Assembly: GCA_965233585.1 (NCBI GenBank)
Contig: CBDDTI010000747.1
Location: 704,001-768,000 of the forward strand
DNA from: a bacterium
Lineage (GTDB): Bacteria > SAR324 > NAC60-12
DNA length: 64,000 nucleotides
Reading direction: 5' to 3'
Shown here one piece after another: positions 60,572-64,000 of the stretch (the first letter of the stretch is position 1; the number at the start of each line of letters is the position of its first letter). The position numbers and the translations under genes were made by a program. The notes under the pieces are model-generated. The model saw nothing but the letters and a program-made list of their open reading frames with translations. It did no database searches and was not told the DNA's origin.

Positions 60572-61522
60572 ATGTCAAACATTGCAATCTTTGGTGGAAC
60601 AGGATTTATAGGGAGTCATCTCACAAAACATTTAGTGCAAGAGGGGCATCATTTGCATCTGTTGACCAGAACCTTGAAAAGTAAAGAACACGTCACCATG
60701 ACCAAAGGTCATGTGGAAAACCCAGATGATTTGAGCCACGTGTTACAAGACGTTGACGTTGCCATTTATTGCATAGGAATCATTCGGCAGTATCCTGATT
60801 TGTCATTTCAGCATGTGCATTTTGAGCTAGCCAAAAAGTGCATTGACCAGTCACTCCGTTCTGGCGTGCGTCATTTCGTGCTAATCAGTGCCAATGGTTC
60901 AAGACCCAACGGCACTGCTTATCAAAAAACTAAATTTTTAGCAGAAGAGTACCTCAAAAACTCTGGTCTCAGCTACACCATCTTAAAACCTTCATTGATT
61001 TTTGGAGAACCTGCAGAAGCAAACCAGATGGAATTTTGCAAGCAACTGGTCAAAGACATGCTGTCTCTGCCTAAACCTCTTGGCTATTTTGCACCACTTT
61101 TTTTCAAAGGATTCAGGCTGCATCAAGCAGGGCAATTTGAGCTTGCACCTGTGCATGTGAAAGACCTTGCATGGATTGTGGGACAGGTCGTTGCTGATTC
61201 GTCTTTTGCCAACCAAACCTTTCTTGTCTGTGGAACTCCTGTTTCTTTTAAAACCATCATTCAAACTCTGCTAAAAGCGATTGGTCAAAGGAAGTGTCTC
61301 GTTCCAATGCCTGCTTTCTTGGTGCAAAGCGTAGCATATTTTTTTGAAAACTTCCGATGGTTTCCTGTCAGTGTTGACCAGATGACCATGTTGTTAGAAG
61401 GCAACACGGCAGACTCTCAAAATGCAGAACACCCCCAAAAAAACATCATAGATCTTTTCCCCTCCCGTCAATGGCTTAATTTTGATACGGAGGCTTTGCA
61501 GTATTTAAACGACCTATCTTGA
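60572..61522 (+). CDS. NAD(P)-binding atypical SDR, NDUFA9-like
   Basis: FGGTGFIG, ISANG, YQKTK..AE, KPSLIFG, PVHVKD. Confidence 0.8.
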   Translation: MSNIAIFGGTGFIGSHLTKHLVQEGHHLHLLTRTLKSKEHVTMTKGHVENPDDLSHVLQDVDVAIYCIGIIRQYPDLSFQHVHFELAKKCIDQSLRSGVRHFVLISANGSRPNGTAYQKTKFLAEEYLKNSGLSYTILKPSLIFGEPAEANQMEFCKQLVKDMLSLPKPLGYFAPLFFKGFRLHQAGQFELAPVHVKDLAWIVGQVVADSSFANQTFLVCGTPVSFKTIIQTLLKAIGQRKCLVPMPAFLVQSVAYFFENFRWFPVSVDQMTMLLEGNTADSQNAEHPQKNIIDLFPSRQWLNFDTEALQYLNDLS

Positions 61523-61610
61523 CAAACTTGACTAAACTTCTTGACAACAAACTCAAAACTATTTTAAAAGAATGACGTCTTTTTGCTTAATTCTTTTTAT
61601 TTGATTTGCT

Positions 61611-62789
61611 ATGAACACTCCAAAATCTAAGGCTGTGATTCAGTACAATCGCAACTATCCTTCTGTTGCCGATTTAAAAAAAGGGGCAGAACGTCGCATT
61701 CCCAAATTTGCGTTTGAATACCTTGTCGGCGGTTGCAACCACGATGAAAACTTACAAGCTAATCACGATGACTTGAAAAGCATCTTGCTAGAGCCTCAAT
61801 ACCTCACAAAGTATCAAGAACCTAACATGCAGACTGAATTATTTGGGCATGTTTACGATGCCCCCTTTGGCATCGCTCCTGTGGGATTACAAGGCATGAT
61901 TTGGCCTAATGCACCTGAAATCCTAGCCAAAGCCTCTCTCAAGCATAATGTGCCTTATATTCTAAGTACCGTCTCTACCTCTAGCATTGAACGTATCTCA
62001 GAGCTTTCAGAAGGACGTGCTTGGTTTCAGCTGTATCACCCCACTGAAGACAGCTTGCGAGATGACCTCATTCAACGAGCCTCCGATGCTCAATGTCCTG
62101 TGTTTGTGGTCATTGTGGACGTGCCTTCTTTTGGACACCGCCCAAGGGACATTCGCAATGGACTCTCCATGCCCCCCAAAATGTCTATCAGAAACATCTT
62201 ACAAGTGATGACCAAACCTGTCTGGGCATTGGAAACCTTGATTGCAGGGACGCCTCAATTTGCAACACTCAAAAAATACATGGACAGCAGTTTGAACCTG
62301 AAACAGCTTGGTGAGTTTATGAACCAGACTTTCACAGGCAGAATGGACAAGGACAAAGTCGCTGCTATCCGAGACCGCTGGAAAGGTGCATTAGTCTTAA
62401 AAGGCATTGTCAGTGAAGAAGACACGCAACATGCGATTGATTTGGGTGTAGATGGCATTATCGTCTCCAATCATGGTGGCAGACAGCTGGACATTGGGGA
62501 GTCTTCTATCAAACCGATGCAACGTCTTGCCAAAACGTTTCAAGGAAAAATCAAGGTGATGCTAGACAGCGGACTCACTGACGGAGCTGATGCCGCGAGG
62601 GCATTGGCAGTGGGTGCAGAGTTTACCTTCATGGGCAGGACGTTTCTCTATGGCGTTGGGGCATTGGGGCGTCAAGGTGGAGAACATACCCTTTCACTCC
62701 TTAAAACAGAACTCCAACAAATCATGGAACAAATTGGCTGTCAACGCATCAAAGACTTCCCCAAATTCTATATTCCTTCTTCAAAATAA
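61611..62789 (+). CDS. FMN-dependent alpha-hydroxy-acid dehydrogenase (L-lactate dehydrogenase-like)
   Basis: WFQLY, LVLKGI, SNHGGRQLD, DSG. Confidence 0.92.
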   Translation: MNTPKSKAVIQYNRNYPSVADLKKGAERRIPKFAFEYLVGGCNHDENLQANHDDLKSILLEPQYLTKYQEPNMQTELFGHVYDAPFGIAPVGLQGMIWPNAPEILAKASLKHNVPYILSTVSTSSIERISELSEGRAWFQLYHPTEDSLRDDLIQRASDAQCPVFVVIVDVPSFGHRPRDIRNGLSMPPKMSIRNILQVMTKPVWALETLIAGTPQFATLKKYMDSSLNLKQLGEFMNQTFTGRMDKDKVAAIRDRWKGALVLKGIVSEEDTQHAIDLGVDGIIVSNHGGRQLDIGESSIKPMQRLAKTFQGKIKVMLDSGLTDGADAARALAVGAEFTFMGRTFLYGVGALGRQGGEHTLSLLKTELQQIMEQIGCQRIKDFPKFYIPSSK

Positions 62790-62796
62790 CTAAACT

Positions 62797-63807
62797 ATGA
62801 AACATCTTTTTTTAGACCCGGATTACTGGAAAACTGCAACTGTGGCTTCTATCAAACAAGACCTTGCCAACGGGGCAGATTTAGAAATACAAGACCCACT
62901 CGGCTTGACTCCTTTGCACTTGGCAGCGACTTATAATGGACAGGAAGTGCTGAAGTTTCTCATCAACAACGGGGCAGATGTCAATGCAAGAACCAAAGAC
63001 GGCTTGACTCCTTTGCAAGCCGCTGCCTTTAACACTGGCACAGTAGAAGTGTTACAAGTTCTCATCAACAACGGGGCAGATGTCAATGCACAAACCCAAA
63101 ACGATATGACTCCTTTGCACGCAGCGGCTAGAAATAATCCCAATGCAGAAGTGGTGCAAGTTCTCATCAACAACGGGGCAGATGTCAATGCACGAGACAA
63201 CTACAGAGCGACTCCTTTGCACTTGGCAGCTGACAATAACCCCAATGTGGAAGTGGTGCAAGTGTTGCTTACCAACTGGGCAGATGTCAATGCACAAATC
63301 CAACAGAACAGCTACACTCCTTTACACTTGGCAGCTAGAAATAATCCCAATGCAGAAGTGGTGCAAGTGTTGCTTACCAACTGGGCAGATGTCAATGTAC
63401 AAGACGACGACAGCTACACTCCTTTGCACTTGGCAGCTAGAGATAATCCCAATGCAGAAGTATTGCAAGTTCTCATCAACAACGGGGCAGATGTCAATGT
63501 ACAAGACAAAGGCAACTGGACTCCTCTGCACTTCGCAGCGACATATAACCCCAAAGTAGAAGTGTTGGAGTTGTTGTTGAAGAATGGAGCGAATCTGGAA
63601 ACACGAACTGAAGGAGGCTGGACTCCTTTGCACTTAGCAGCTGGTGGGAACCCCAAAGTAGAAGTGTTGGAGTTGTTGTTGAAGAGTGGAGCAAATGTGA
63701 ATGCACGAGACGAAAACGGCAGGATTCCTTTGGACTTGATGGAGTATAACGAAAAATTGAAAGGCAGTGAGGTGTATTGGAAGTTGCACGATGCCAAATA
63801 CAATTAG
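62797..63807 (+). CDS. Ankyrin-repeat protein
   Basis: About eight TPLHLAA...VVQVLINNGADVNA repeats. Confidence 0.95.
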   Translation: MKHLFLDPDYWKTATVASIKQDLANGADLEIQDPLGLTPLHLAATYNGQEVLKFLINNGADVNARTKDGLTPLQAAAFNTGTVEVLQVLINNGADVNAQTQNDMTPLHAAARNNPNAEVVQVLINNGADVNARDNYRATPLHLAADNNPNVEVVQVLLTNWADVNAQIQQNSYTPLHLAARNNPNAEVVQVLLTNWADVNVQDDDSYTPLHLAARDNPNAEVLQVLINNGADVNVQDKGNWTPLHFAATYNPKVEVLELLLKNGANLETRTEGGWTPLHLAAGGNPKVEVLELLLKSGANVNARDENGRIPLDLMEYNEKLKGSEVYWKLHDAKYN

Positions 63808-64000
63808 TGGGTGATGGTCTTGAGTCAAAAACATCACTCCTCAAAGGACTTTTTTTTGAGAGCTTTGAGGGAGGCAATCCATCAATTCCTAATCTTGACC
63901 AAATGACAAAAACGATCCATTTTTGAATTTCCAAACCTCCCTGTTTTTGTTAGACTGACCTTTTTCAAGGAATTTTTTATGCCTATCGCCATCAATACAC

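Noticed and set aside
62931..63934. Several antisense and alternate-frame ORFs over the ankyrin gene (likewise over leuS, lon and glgP)
   Set aside because: Shadow ORFs arising from repeats and codon bias, with no independent motifs
63979..64000. Possible gene start MPIAINT (flagellin-like) after AAGGA
   Set aside because: Only seven codons are visible and the next codon is not Asn; it cannot be assigned

Overview
AT-rich bacterial chromosomal window, mostly housekeeping genes. These include leuS, lon, tatC, glgP, nusB, DAHP synthase, aroA, aroC, glpK, rsmA, fbp, fabA, pgi, ilvBN, a peroxiredoxin and an lldD-like oxidase, plus three tRNAs: Ser(GGA), Arg(TCT) and Pro(GGG). LpxC, WaaF and an O-antigen ligase indicate an LPS-producing diderm. 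An affinity to deltaproteobacteria or SAR324 is only my impression. Several surface-glycan gene blocks are interspersed. The most unusual locus is inside the minus-strand glycan operon (23106-31411). It is an array of five translationally coupled DUF29 genes with an exact 430-bp period, conserved ends, a hypervariable centre and block-wise mosaicism, directly next to a degenerate group II intron 3' remnant (HNH fragment plus domains V/VI). Other notable items are a receiver-domain-LpxC fusion, a NadD-like/CinA(PncC)-like fusion with degenerate catalytic motifs, and interleaved inverted repeats upstream of the glycan operon. There is also a tyrosine recombinase inside a fabA/sugar-nucleotide gene run, an orphan DNA methyltransferase, and ankyrin- and RCC1-repeat proteins. 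All calls come from reading motifs by eye; no searches were run.
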